NCBI GenBank assembly: GCA_030390025.1
Contig: CM059432.1
Coordinates: forward strand, 117,058,001 to 117,122,000
Direction: 5' to 3'
From: Squalus acanthias
Lineage: Eukaryota
Length of the DNA stretch: 64,000 nt
Part shown: positions 1 through 12,834 of the stretch, piece after piece
Numbering within the stretch: the first letter of the stretch is position 1
Layout of the letters: each line of letters begins with the position of its first letter
Translations under genes and position numbers: made by a program
Notes under the pieces: model-generated
What the model was told of the DNA's origin: nothing
Database searches by the model: none
The model's input: the letters and a program-made list of their open reading frames with translations, nothing else

Positions 1-320
1 ATGCTGCCTGTCTTGGATGTTCCCACGACATTGCTGCTCTTGTTCTTCTCAGTGGTAGAGGTACTGTTGAAGTAATCATGGTGAGTTGCTGCAGTGCATC
101 CTATAGATCTTCACAGTGTACCCAGCTTCTACCCTGCTTTTGTAGCCACAGTGTTAATAAGACCAGTACAGTTGAGCTTCTGGTCAATGGTGACCCCCAA
201 GATTTTGATGGTGGGGAACTCGGTGTTGATGGTGCTGTCGATAGTCAAGGGGAGATGGCTGGGCTTACTCTTGCTCAAGATGGCCATTACCTGGCACTTA
301 TGTGGTGCACATGTTACCTG
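1..320 (-). mobile_element. Degenerate non-LTR retrotransposon ORF2 fragment (C-terminal RT region, non-CR1-like family)
   Basis: Minus-strand translation IKILGVTIDQKLNCTGLINTVATKAG resembles the LINE 'KxLGVxID.KL.W..HI' post-RT motif; frame is broken. Confidence 0.55.
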
Positions 321-443
321 ACAGTCAGTATCCTGGCCAACATATACCAAAGATAGAGCTCCCTGGATGACTAACGATATAGAGATTAAAATGAAACAGA
401 AAAAGGAGTCTTATGATAAATGTCAGGCTCATAATACAGTAGA

Positions 444-1052
444 CACAACCCTCATCCATGCCTTTGTTACCCCTAGACTTGACTATTCCAATGCACTCCT
501 GACTGGCCTCTCACATTCCACCCTACATAAACTTCAGGTCATCCAAAACTCGGCTGTCCATGTCCTAACTCGCACCAAGTCCCGTCTGCCCATCGCCCCT
601 GTGCTCGCTGACCTACATTGGCTCCCGGTTAAGCAGCGCTTTGATTTCAAAATTCTCATCCTTGTTTTCAAATCCCTCCATTGCCTCGCCCCTTCCTATC
701 TCTGTAATCTTCTTCAGCCCCACAACCCCTCGAGATAGCTGCGCTCCTTTAATTCTGCTCTCTTGAGCATCCCTGATTATAATCGTTGAACCTTTGGTGG
801 CTGTGCCTTCTGTTGCCTTGGCCCTAAACTCTGGAATTCCCTGCCTAAACCTCTCAGCCTCGCTACCTCTCTTTCCTCCTTTAAGATGCTCCTTAAAACC
901 TACCTCTTTGACCAAGCTTTTGGTCACCTGCCCTAATTTATCCTTATGTGTATCGGTGTCAATTTTTGTTTTTGTTTTAAAATACTCCTGTACAGCACCT
1001 TGGGATGTTTTAATATGTTAAAGGCACTATATAAATACAAGTTGTTGTTGTT
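444..1052 (+). mobile_element. L2 LINE 3' fragment inserted in CR1
   Basis: TLIHAFVTPRLDYSNALL...LHWLPVKQRFDFKIL (L2 ORF2 C-terminus); tail aaaggcactatataaatacaa(gtt)n; flanked by GTAGA at 439-443 and 1053-1057, and the CR1 sequence resumes across it. Confidence 0.9.
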
Positions 1053-1342
1053 GTAGAGAACTAAGCTGAATAAGAGGAGGTACATAAAAGGTTGGCAGCG
1101 CTCAAAGTAGAAAAGTCACCTGGTCCAGATGAAATACATCCTAGGTTGTTGAGGGAAGTAAGGCTGGAAATAGCGGAGGCTCTGACCACAATCTTCCAAT
1201 CCTCCTTAGATATGGGAGTGGTGCCAGAGGATTGGAGGATTGCAAATGCTACACCCCTGTTCAAAAAAGGGGAGGGGGATGAAATCGGTAATGACAGGCC
1301 AGTCAGCCTAATGTCAGTGGTGGGGAAACTTTTAGAGACAAT

Positions 1343-2232
1343 GGGGGGAAAATTCGGTTGGTTTGCACCTCCCATTAGCCCCTTAAGAGGGTACTAATGG
1401 GGTGCAAAGCAACTAGTGCCCGGGTGCGGCGATGTTTGCCCCGCTCGTGAAATTGACGACATTTTGCGGCGGCGATAAACACTACTGCCACGATCTCCTG
1501 CGCCCGCAGATCGTGATGTCAGTCGAGCGTGCAACGCCCCGGTAGCGCCCCAGACCGAATATTGAGTGGCGCCCCCTGCCTTACTGCCTGCCGCTAGCAA
1601 TGACAGGTTGAGGGGAGCATTTTGCAGTCGGGAAGGGACTGGGGGAGCGCTATTTAAAGGTGACCGCTTCCTGCCTTTTTTTTTCGGCGACATTTTTGCA
1701 CCACGCATTCTGAGTGAGAGAGAGAGACTTCTGGAGATATTCAACGCTGTGTTGAGGAGTTTTGGGTACTGAGCAGCACTTTGCAGGTTCATTTTGATTT
1801 GATCTTCCTTGCATCAATTTAGAAGAGACTATGGGGGCTGCACTCTGAGCTCTTTCCCTGGGCCTCTCCATTGTTCTTTCCAGCAGAATTGATGTACAGG
1901 TCTCTCCAGGCCGAGATTCAAGGCTGCAATGAGCAAGGTGTGGATGGAGAGCAAGATCAACTCTCCACTTTAAGAACTGGCCAGTGCCAGTGTGTCTGTG
2001 TTCCATTGCTGACTGACATCACATGAGCTTCGCCAGCGCTCTGAGATAGCGCCTCGCTCCTCGGCGTTAGTGCCTTAAGAGAGGTGTGTAGCGCCTGATT
2101 TAGCGCTCCAATCACCTCCAGGGGCGATAAAAGCCAAGTTTGCAGTCGGAGGCGATAATTAGCACCAGGCACTAAATTCTGCGCCCGGCCGATAATTGGG
2201 CCCCAAATGGGGCGATACCGAATTTCTCCCCC
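1343..2232. mobile_element. Non-autonomous PIF/Harbinger element (internal-deletion derivative of the family at 42181-50253)
   Basis: TIR GGGGGGAAAATTCGG vs GGGGGAGAAATTCGG (13/15); AAT duplicated at 1340-1342 and 2233-2235; removing it restores CR1 GKLLET-IIRDKINCHL; retains only the transposase start (ATGGGGGCTGCA, 1830) and the Myb start (MERPRERAQ, minus strand). Confidence 0.92.
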
Positions 2233-3680
2233 AATAATCCGAGATAAAATTAATTGTCACTTGAAAAAATATGGTTTAATAAATGACAGCCAGCACGGAT
2301 TTGTAAAAGGCAAATCATGTTTGACTAACTTGATTGAGATCTTTGAGGAAGTAACGGAGAGGGTTATGAGGGTAGTGCATTTGATGTTGTGTGGATGGAC
2401 TTTAAAAAGGCGTTTGATAAAGTGCCATATAATAGACTTGTTAGCAAAATTGAAGCTCATGGGATAAAAAGGGCAGTGACAGCGTGGATACAAAATTGAC
2501 TAAGGGACAGACAGCAGAGAGTAGTGGTGAATGATTGTTTTCAAACTAGAGGGAAGTATACAGTGGGTGTCCCCTAGGTTTCGGTATTTGGACCACTGCT
2601 CTTTTTGATATATACTAATGACCTAGACTTTGGTATATAGGGAATAATTTCAAAGTTTGCAAATGTGCGAAACTCAGAAATGTAATAAACAATGAGGAGG
2701 ATAGTAACAGACTTCAGGAGGACATAGACTGACTGGTGAAATGGGCAGACACATGGCAGATGAAATTTAACACAGGGAAGTGTGAAAAGATGCATTTTGG
2801 TAGGAAGAATGGGGAGATGCAGTAGAAACTAAATGGTACAATTTTATAGGGGGTGCAGGAACAGAGAGACCTGGGGGTGTATGTACACAAATCTTTGAGG
2901 GTGGCAGGACAAGTTGAGAAGGCTGTTAAAAAAGCATATGGGATCCTTTGCTTCATAAACAGAGGCACAGAGTACAAAAGCAAGGTTGTTTTGCAAAACC
3001 TCTATAAATCACTGATTAGGCCACAGCTGGAGTATTGTATCTAATTCTGAGCACCACACTTTAGGAAGGATGCCAAGGCCCTAGAGAGGGTGTAGAGGAG
3101 ATTTTCTCGAATGGTACCAGGGATGCAGGTCTTCAGTTACGTGGAGAGACTAGAGAAGCTGGGGTTGTTCTCCTTAGAGCAGAAAAGGTTAAGGGGAGAT
3201 TTAATAGAGGTGTTCAAAATGATGAAGGGTTTTGATAGAGTAAATAAGGAGAAACTGTTTCCAGTGGCAAAAGGGTCTCTAACCAGAGGACACAGATTTA
3301 AGGTAATTGGCAAAAGAACCAGAGGCGAGAAGAGGAGAATCTTTTTTACACAGTGAGTTGTTATGATCTGGAATGCAATGCCTGAAAGAGTGGTGGAAGC
3401 TGATTCAATAATAGTTTTCAAAAGGGAATGAGATAACTACTTGAACAGGAAACATTTACAAGGCTATGGGGAAAGGGCAGGGATGGGACTAATTGGATAG
3501 CTCTTTCAAAGAGCTGGTACAGGCACAATGGGCCTAATGGCCTCCTTTTGTGCTGTATGATTCCATGATCTCAAGTTAACTGTGACCTTACTTACCATTT
3601 GTCTGCAGTTAACCTGCCAACATTTATCTATTTTCTTTAGAATAAACTCAGACTTTGAACACTACCATAATTAATACTCA

Positions 3681-6600
3681 GGCCGGAATTTTCTGGGGGG
3701 TCAGCGGGTGGGATCGCTGGTGGGTCAAGTGGGAAATTTGATTTTTTTGACAGTGGGTCGGGACCCCGCTGTCAACCCGCCACAACGCGCCTTTCCCAAT
3801 GGCTCGTGTGTGATCTCTGATCCGACCCGACCCACAGAGGTGGGCGACCCAATTAAACCAATTATTGGGTTGTTGACAGATCCTTAATAATGCTTTTAAC
3901 CTTACCTTTTAATTTTAACTGCTCGCCCACGGGGTTCATGCTGCTCGGGGACCACGTCTGTGAACCTGAGGTGTGAGTTGAATGGCCATTGATCCAACTG
4001 ATTACTTGACAGCTTCAAATGTACAGTATGTAAGGGTTTTTTGTCTCTCAGCCTGTGAGATTCGTGTGGCTCTGTGCAGCCCGGATGCTAGTGCGGGTTT
4101 AGGCCTTGTTGCCTGTTCTGGTCTCCAGCCAGTCTGGGAGCACTAGACACCTGTGAGTGGTTCAACCCACTCGCCCTTACGGTTCTAGACACTGGACTTA
4201 GATGCGAGAGCAGTAATGGAGATGAAACTCAGGTCGACTCGGTTGAATGGTACGAAATGGAAAAATCTTTATTGCATAATATTTAAGATTACGAAATACA
4301 TGTCATAAGCACAGATTAATGACAGTACAATCTTACACGCAGTTATGTAATTAATTTCAGGGAAACGAGGAACGAACGACACATCGTAAATGGGGGCACA
4401 CATTACAATTATCCTTAATACTTAAAACCCTCCCCTATCAATATCTGTCCTAAGCTAGATTCGTAGGATTCGAGACTCATGCTCACCACTCGTGATAACT
4501 CGGAGAATTCCGAAAACTCTGATCGGATGTTTTTCACCGCAGCACCCACGTGTCGATCAGGGGGTCTCCTGGCCCCACTTGTTTACTCGTTTCTGCTCCG
4601 GCTAGCAGGCTGGAACGTCTGCTGTCATGAAGATCTGTGTTGTCCTCGGAGTTCCGACTCTACTCAAAAAAAGAGTCTTCCTGTGCCCTCGCACGGGTAC
4701 GATAAAATTCGAAGAATAGTCTTCCTGCCAGTTGGGTAGCAGTTACCGATTTATCGGGCGCGGTCGGGGCTTACTGACCGTGACGAGATGTATTGTGTTC
4801 TTCTCTTCTCATCTCATCTCATCTCGGGCCTTCGGTTCCAACACCGTTTACCGACTTATCGGGATGGTGCGCCCGCTTCAAGGCTTCAGAGCCCAGTTCT
4901 ACACAGGTCTTCGCGACACGACATGAGGTAGATCCGAGCGGATCATAAAGTTCAACAGTCTTTTGAAAAGAGACACGAGGCAAGCAGGAACAAGACGGCG
5001 AGTCAAGAGCAGCCACGAGGATACGAGTCAAGAGTCAAGAGGAAGATGGACGGTTTGGAGCTTGTAGTTATAGTGCAAAATCTTCCGTTTCCCGCCCAAC
5101 CTTAATGTCTTTTCTTTTGTTAGGGTTTGGCGCTCAAATGTCTTGTATAGGGTGATCTCCGTTTTAATGGGTTTCGGGGCTACTCGTAATTGTCTGAGTA
5201 CCTGTTAATATTTCTCCCATTGTTTAATCGGTCGGTGTTCTCCCTGGAGGGGTTTTGGGGCTTCCAAATGTTTTCTGTAACTACCCGCTAACGGCTCTCT
5301 CATCGTAGAGTCGTTGGGATTTTACATATTAATGTCTTTGGATGGGTTCTTGATTACTTGGTACAATAGCCCTTATTCGCACCTGGGAGACCGATTTCAG
5401 TATTTATGTGTATACTGTAAACCCATGATGTCTCGTGTATTATCTGAAATGTGCTGAGTCTTAATCGATCTTGCACAAATGTTTATTGGAACGCCATCTT
5501 GTCTGCCTGTCGAAAAGTCTAGAATGTTCTGCCACGAGGCGCGGCGGCCATTTTACAGGCTGCTTGTGTCCACTTTGAAAACCTGACAGCATTCTGCTGA
5601 AATAAAGCTGTTTGAACGAAACTATGTGTTTTCTCCTTATTTATAAAATCGCGATATATTGCGAATTCTACAAGTAAAAGCTCCCACCTGACAGATCATC
5701 ACTTTCCTCAGCCACAAGCTGTTTCTCAGTCCATTTCCAGCGCAGATTCTGCAGGCTTTCCACTATCCACTCTCCATCCACTCTTACCTCATTGGAAGAA
5801 CTCTCTCAACATTGACAGAATGCTTCTGTCATCTCTACTTCAACTGTCATCTATTCCATCAACATGGGTGCCCTTTAAACTCTCTCACCTTGGACCTCAA
5901 AATACCACCATGATCAGCCCCAACACCAGCAGCACCAGGCACACCAGCATCACCAGGCACACCAACAGCACCAACAACAACAACAACCTTCTCCGCAATC
6001 ACCTGATGCGGCACAGGACAGAGGGCATCAGCACCCGACCACATTGCTGCCCGGGAGGCCAGGGATGGCCTCACCATGGCCAGATTTACTTCACATGATG
6101 CTGTGCACCCTGGCTGCCACGTGATGTGCCAGGCTGGCACCACCCCACAACAACATCATAAAGCATCCCTACAATGTCCAAGCCATTCATTTCACTCTCA
6201 CCACCATTGCGGGGGTACCGTTATGCCTCACCATTCACTGCAACTCACTAAGCCACTTCCAAAGGGGTGCACACAAATCTGTCCAAGAACGCAAAGTGTT
6301 GAAAATAAAGGTTTCAATGTTTGACAGCACATTTTCAGAAACTTTACATGAACATTGGATAAAACACCCAAGTGGCTACCCTTGTGTTTTGTTAGTTGGT
6401 ATGATTGCACCAAGATGAGGGTAAGTGTGAGGGGTGGCTAGTGAGATGGGGATGTGATAATGCAGATAGAGAGAGAGGGATGGGTGGAGGTGCAAGGTAA
6501 GTTGGTGTGAGTAAGGATGTGCAGGAGTAGGGTAGGGAAGGGAGAGTGATGAGAATGTGATGAGAGGCACAGCAGGATGAAGCTGAGTGTGGCTTTGTAC

Positions 6601-7117
6601 TAATGTTTCGTGATCTACTGAGATCATTGAAACGTTTGCGGCACTGCACCCAGGTCCTCCTGACCAGCTTGTGCCCTCCTGTGTAATGTGCCACCAGGCT
6701 GTTTTAGTCTCCTGGGGAGATCTCTTCCGCCCATCAGAAGGGAAGAGGGCCTCCCTGCGTGCTGTGACTCCCTCCATAAGCATATGGAGGGAGTCATGGG
6801 AGAGCCTGGGTGCAGCCCTGCACCTCTGTGCAATGATTGTCAGTGTTTGCAGCACCTCAGTGCTGTAGAGCACTGACAGCACAAATGTCAAAAGCAAGCT
6901 GGCCATGGTCCCTTTAAGGAAACCGGCTGATGACGCGTCATGAATGACGTCACCAGACCCGCTTCCTCTAACTGGCCCGGGAAACGTGCTGGGCAGGCTT
7001 AACAAGCCCTATCAATGTAAATTCATTTGCCAGAGCGGGATGGAGCCAGCAGCGGGGCTGCGACCCGCCACCGACATTGCCCGCACCGGACCCGCCGAAG
7101 TAAGGAAAATCTCGGCT
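3681..7117. mobile_element. Internally deleted PIF/Harbinger transposon (same family as 53818-59090, opposite orientation) carrying a nested LTR-like insert
   Basis: TIR ggccggaattttc / gaaaatctcggct; TCA on both sides (3678-3680, 7118-7120); Myb exon-1 remnant on minus (~6602-6833: AAPRLSHDSL..TWVQCRKRFNDL); transposase 5' and 3' remnants on plus (~5863-6090). Confidence 0.9.
4029..5672 (-). mobile_element. Solo LTR-like insertion (1644 bp), family unassigned
   Basis: Starts TGTA, ends TACA; AGTA duplicated at 4025-4028 and 5673-5676; absent from the homologous position of the sister Harbinger (~58780-58800); minus-strand TATAA (5068-5072) and AATAAA (4268-4273). Confidence 0.8.
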
Positions 7118-7147
7118 TCAGTGTTTGTTCATGCTGATTTACAATAA

Positions 7148-8800
7148 TATAGAAACATAGAAACATAGAAGATAGGAGCAGGAGTAGGCCATTCGGCCTC
7201 TCGAGCCTGTTCCGCCATTTAATGAGATCATGGCTGATCATCCAAATTCAGTACCCTGTCCCTGCTTTCTCCCCATATCCCTTGATCCTTTTAGCCTTAA
7301 GAAAAATATCTAACTCCTTCTTGAATATATTTAATGAATTGGCCTCAACTGCCTTCTGTGGTAGAGAATTCCACAGGTTCATCACTCTCTGGGTGAAGAA
7401 ATTCCTCATCTCAGTCCTAAATGGCTTACCCCTTATCCTTAGACTGTGACCCCTGGTTCTGGACTCCCCCGCCATTGGGAACATCCTTCCTGCATCTAGT
7501 CTGTCTAGTCCTGTTAGAATTTTATAAGTTTCAATGAGATCCCCTCTCATTCTTCTAAACTCTAGCGAATATAAGCCTAATTGACCCAATCTCTCCTCAT
7601 ACGTCATTCCTGCCATCCCAGGTATCAGTCTGGTGAATCTTCGCTGCACTCTCTCCATGGCAAGAACATCCTTCCTCAGATAAGGTGACCAAAACTGCAC
7701 ACAATACTCAAGGTGTGGTCTCACCAAGGCCCTGTACAACTGCAGCAAGACATCCTTGTTCCTGTACTCAAATCCTCTCGCTATGAAGGCCAACATACCA
7801 TTTGCCTTCTTAACCGCCTGCTGCACCTGCATGCTTACCTTCAGCGACTGGTGCACAAGGACACCTAGGTCTCGTTGCACTTCCCCTTTTCCCAATCTAT
7901 TGCCGTTCAGATAATAATCTGTCTTCCTGTTTTTGCCACCGAAGTGGATAACCTCGCATTTACCCACATTATACTGCATTTGCCATGCATCTGTCCAATC
8001 ACCCAACCTGTCCAAATCATCCTGGAGTTTCTCTGCATCCTCCTCACAGCACACACACCCACCCAGCTTTGTGTCATCTGCAAACTTGGAGATATTACAT
8101 CTAGTTCCCTCGTCCAGATCATTTATATATATTGTGAATAGCTGGGGTCCTAGCACCAATCCCTACGGTACTCCACTGGTCACTGCCTGCCCATCGGAAA
8201 AAGACCCGTTTATTCCAACTCTTTGCTTCCTGTCTGCCAACCAGTTCTCTATCCAAATCAGTACCTTACCCCCAATCCCATGTGCTTTAACTTTGCACGC
8301 TAATCTCTTATGCGGGACCTTATCGAAAGCCTTCTGAAAGTCCAAATACACCACATCCACTGGTTCTCCCTTATCTATTCTACCAGTTACATCCTCAAAA
8401 AATTCCAGTAGATTAGTCAAGCATGATTTACCTTTTGTAAATCCATGTTGACTTTGTCCGAACCTGTCACTGTTTTCCATGTGCTCTGCTATTACATCTT
8501 TTATAATGGACTCTAGCATTTTCCCCACTACCGATGTCAGACTTATAATTCCCCGTTTTCTCTCTATCACCTTTTTTAAATAGTGGGGTTACATTAGCTA
8601 TCCTCCAATCCATGGAACTGTTCCAGAGTCCATAGAATTTTGGAAGATGACCAGCAATGCATCTACTATTTCTAGGGCCACTTCCTTATGTACCCTAGGA
8701 TGTAGATTATCAGGCCCTGGGGATTTATCGGCCTTCAATCCCGTCAATTTCCCTAACATCATTTCCCTACAAATACTGATTTCATTCAATTCCTCCCTCT
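7148..8800 (-). mobile_element. Young 5'-truncated CR1 LINE
   Basis: ORF pieces 8598-8789, 8163-8570 and 7248-8159 with KSPGPD, YLDFQKAFDKVPH, VLGP, FADD; (TTCTATGT)n tail at 7148-7170. Confidence 0.97.
7248..8570 (-). pseudogene. CR1 ORF2 reverse-transcriptase region, disrupted
   Basis: 303-aa and 135-aa ORFs in the same frame separated by one stop (GVP*.VLGP). Confidence 0.93.
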
Positions 8801-9242
8801 CAATACATTAAATTGTCTGTGTAAGCCTCTGTTACTCTTTAGTTAAGTAACTCTGACCATTTAATGATTTGTTGTTCAAAGTGCGAGGTGACCTTGACTA
8901 CGTCTATTCATACCTATTAAGTGCTTGTATACCCAACGCTTAAGTTGTGATTTTGTAACCAATAAATAGTTGTTAGTGCATGACTTGTTGCCTGACTTCT
9001 TTGATGATTTGGCATGAACATGTTAATTCATTCACTCAATAGCTTGTAGGTATCCTAATCATGGGTTGGGAAGATAACCGCTAATGTAAGGCAGTTTGGC
9101 GAGCCGACTCAGGCATCATTCACACTTAGACCCAAACTGGGCTGTAAAACCCTAGGCGGTTCCTTAGTAAGGAGTTGTTAAGGATTTGTCTGGTTCCTTG
9201 GCATATATTTGTCGGGATACAGATATCCAGTGTTCTTACAAG

Positions 9243-9510
9243 GTGGTTAACATTATGAAGAGATTCGATAGGGTGGACATTGAGAAACTGTTTCCACTGT
9301 GGGATTTCCCCAGAGCAAGGGGACGTCGATATAAGATAGCCACTAACAGATCAAATAAAGAATTTAGGAGGTATGTCTTTACACAGAGAGTGACGAGAAT
9401 GTAGAACTCACGACCACATGGAGTGGATGAAGTAGATAGCATCGACACATTTAAGGAGAGGCTTGACGCATTCATGAGGGAGAAGGGAACAAAGGGATAT
9501 GGGAGCAAGG
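9243..9510 (+). mobile_element. Old CR1 3' fragment
   Basis: IMKRFDRVDIEKLFP..RARGRRYKI..FTQRV. Confidence 0.8.
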
Positions 9511-9511
9511 T

Positions 9512-9643
9512 AGGGCCAATTTTAACTGTTCTCACCAGGCGGGAAACAGAAGTCAAAGAAAAGGAGAATTGGGCGGCGTGTAATCGGTGGCTGATCCACG
9601 ACCGTCCATTTCCTGCTGAGTGGGTACAGTTAAAATCAGCCCT
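9512..9643. mobile_element. ~130-bp Harbinger-type MITE
   Basis: Terminal inverted repeat AGGGCCAATTTTAACTGT / AGGGCTGATTTTAACTGT (16/18); no clean TSD. Confidence 0.6.
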
Positions 9644-10689
9644 CTGTACGTAATTCTATTTAAAAACTGTACGCAAATAAAATACGGTGATGAATGTATT
9701 ACGATGGAATCTTGGCTTAGCTAATTAAGTTGAAATATCTGCTGATGAGAGCTGTCATTCTGGTTACTGGTGTCACAGGGCAGAAAGTACCGATGATTTT
9801 TCTTCAGTCACCTAACTCTATTGCTGTGTTGTTTTGGGGCTATTTTTTTATATAATTTGGTATAATACTGTATAAATGGGACAAAAGATTCCTGAGATTT
9901 CAGTTAGTTTACTCTCTGCCCATCTGCTCTGCTGAGCGCGGTACCACCCGAACAATTACTGGTAAGAAACAGCTTCCAGGGGCTTGTTCTGCGTATTGAT
10001 CAGAGATGAGGAGTTATTTTTAGCCCAACAAACAGCATGCAGCATAACAACTGATGAATGGAGGAATAAATGATGTGGCAATCAAGTCATTCAGCTCACA
10101 TTAATCAAATGTGCTGATATTTTGTTTGAATTTCTGCTTAACGGCATGTGTGGCAGATTTTCACAGTTGGTAGGCTGTGCGCTTTAAAGGAATCGGTGGT
10201 ATATTTACCAATCAGTGCCAGGGTCCCTTGTGCAGTTCAGTAATGCTCAGTTGGAAGCCTTTAAAATATTAAGGACTGGCATTCACTGATGTGTGGATAA
10301 TTAGCTAATTGCCATCCTGCATTCACTTACAATTTTCAAGCCTGTGTGTCAGCAAAAAAGAACAATTAGCTTGACTGCATTGATTTTATTACGACTGAGC
10401 TTACTACATTGCTTCAGTGTCCCTTCTGTTGACAAACCATAGGCTAATTTAATGAACTATATAATGCAGCATATAGTTTAAACGATTTAAAGGTGTAAAG
10501 GTGGGGAGGGGGCCAGGAAAGAACAATTATACTATTAGAGAAGTTGGCATTGTCTAACATTCCTCACTGGAAGACTTAAATAGCCTTAACGGAGACTGTC
10601 GCTGGAAGAGCATCAACTTACCACTGCAAATTCTTTATTCATTTAACCAACTTAAAAAAATAGAGGCACAGTAGCACAGTCGAGCCCCT

Positions 10690-11460
10690 TATGTGTAGAA
10701 GAATGAGGGGAGAGCGTAGGAGAATTTAATTTGATGCAGAGAGTTGTTAGGAAATGGAATGCCCCAGTGGCGGAAGTCGAATCTGTAACCATTTTTAAAA
10801 GAGAAGTGCTTAAGTTTTTGAAAAAGAAGTTTGAAAGGGTAAGGGCAGGGTAATGGGACTAAGGGGATGGCTGTTTCAGAGAGCCTGCACAGGCTAGGAA
10901 GCCTGAGTAGTCGTCTTCTGTGCTGTTAATGTTTCTACGATTCATGTATTAAACGTGACCTCCCATGTGGAAATAGCATTGCGAAGAGGAAAGGGTCAGG
11001 AACTCTGAACGATTTTCCAACTTCCCTATCTTAGGGACACTGACACCGATCTTAGCCTCTCTTCTAATCCAGCTAGAATTGACCAACTCAACACTGACCG
11101 GAAGTTCAAGTTGGGGCCTCCTTGGCCTGTATGGCTAAGTGCCACATTACATGATGTATTGTATCCACTCAGCCAAGAGACAGAGTGCAGAATTTGCTTT
11201 CGGAAAGTTAACCTTTCCTGTTTCAAGTTAAATTGTAACTATAGGACAAGACTGTAAGCACAAACTGGTAAAAGGCAAGTTCAGGATTGATGTCAGGAAG
11301 CACTTCCCACAAAGAGTGATTAATCCCTGGGATGATCTCTTGAGTAGGGGAGTGCAGGAAAAACTCTGGAATCCTTCAAGAAGCAGTTAGCTGCTGTGAC
11401 AGGGGACTGTAGGATTTTACGGAAGGAGGAGTTAGATGGGCCGAATGGCATCATTCAGTT
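10690..11460 (+). mobile_element. Two heavily decayed CR1 3' fragments (~10690-10945 and ~11225-11460)
   Basis: Residual cagagagttgttag..tggaatgc, ttcaggattgatgtcaggaag and gggccgaatggc 3' UTR motifs. Confidence 0.6.
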
Positions 11461-12834
11461 GTACTTTGGGGGAAAAAACATAAAAATTAGAATATAATAA
11501 GCATGCAAAAACTTTAATAATTTACAAAAAAATCTTTAAATGTACTCATAAAATTGTCATGCGTCTTGGAAATGCATCCAATATGGGTTACCTCTAGAAG
11601 CTTACTCTCTCTCAGACATTCGATGGCTTGGGTTTTGCTCCTTTCCTGAAGTGCTTTCTTCCACTGGCTCTTCCCACCTGACATTTTTCAGGCCCCTGCG
11701 TTTGCCTGCCTTACTGCTCAGAGGCTTCAGCCTTGGGCAACTGTGGGCTTCTTCACAGGTACTTTGTGTAAATGTGCCTTTTCCCAGCTTCTCGTGCTTC
11801 CGAGCCCAGCTTTCTCCAGCCTGTTATCCCTGGTTTGAGACAACTCAGCTCTGTGTACTTTTCATCTCATCCCGCTCTATCCTGAAACCTTCCTGATCCA
11901 GTCCAACCCAGTTCTTCCTGGCCCAGCTTAATTCAACCCACACAGAGTGCTACCCAGCCAACTTTGCCTCACCTTGAGCGACCCGGCTTTGCTCCCATCC
12001 ATGCAAGTATGCCTAACCTGACAACCTCTGGGCCTACCTACTTCATTTTTCCCTCCCAGCAATGACTGCAGCACCCAGATTCCTGTTCTCCGCAATTTCT
12101 GTAGGTTTAGCTCCAGTGTCCCAGCCAGTGCTTGAGCTCCAATTCACAGTGAGCAATGCCATGAGAGATCTGTGAGTCCTATTTATATTTGATGGAGCGA
12201 GACATCAATAAGCACATCCTATGCAACATAAGTAACAGATTAATGACTTCCTCACTCCCAAATGCTATTTCTGCAACTATCAGAAATACAAATCTGTTGC
12301 AACATATTATTTAAATCACTGCTGAAAGTCTATTGGATATTCTTTAATGGTAATACTGATTGAAGTCAGTCTTGCTGTAGAAGCTTGATGACTCCGTGAT
12401 CCACAGTCAGCACAAAGATAAAGAGCTTTTAATAAACCGACACTTTATTTACAGCAATTATAGCAAAGGCAAAATAAAAGCATTTGGACTGTCTATTGTC
12501 AGTAATGCCTTTCATTAGCGTATTATTCAAGATTTAAGTATTTGTGGCAGATATGTCTCCCTGTTAACAGTTTGCTTAACTCTGAGCTGTTTTAAAAAAA
12601 AGACAAATATAATGCCTACTTCTTGCCATTTTGTAACATGCCTTTGATTGGACCAATGCTTCCTTTCTCTCTCTCCGTCTTTCTGAAGAAGAGCACAAGA
12701 AACAATGGGGCAGATTTGAACCCTCCCACGGGAGCGATGCGGGTGGTGGTGGGGGTGCGGGGGTGGGGTGTGTAGGGTTTAGGATGGCGGGGCGGCGGGG
12801 GGGGGCAAAATACATTTGACAAAATCCCACATTA

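Larger units (their letters stand above)
350..3570 (+). mobile_element. CR1 LINE, 5'-truncated and decayed, interrupted by an L2 fragment (444-1052) and a Harbinger MITE (1343-2232)
   Basis: Motifs KSPGPDEIHPR, WRIANATPLFKKG, SQHGFVKGKSCLTNL, RPQLEYC, LFSLEQKRLRGDLIEVFK, TRGHRFK; CR1-type 3' UTR ending near 3570. Confidence 0.93.

Noticed and set aside
4152..4176. tRNA T-arm/B-box-like hairpin (gagtgg-ttcaac-ccactc) in the LTR-like insert
   Set aside because: Loop spacing does not fit a T-loop and no A box or cloverleaf is evident; treated as an LTR hairpin only
11600..11900. Purine-rich minus-strand stretch open for ~75 codons
   Set aside because: No start, no convincing splice sites, no recognisable protein similarity
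12707..12830. Small MITE or G-quadruplex element (also ~13955-14075, ~20669-20900, ~51720-51997)
   Set aside because: Only partial or degenerate Harbinger-like ends without TSD; boundaries cannot be supported
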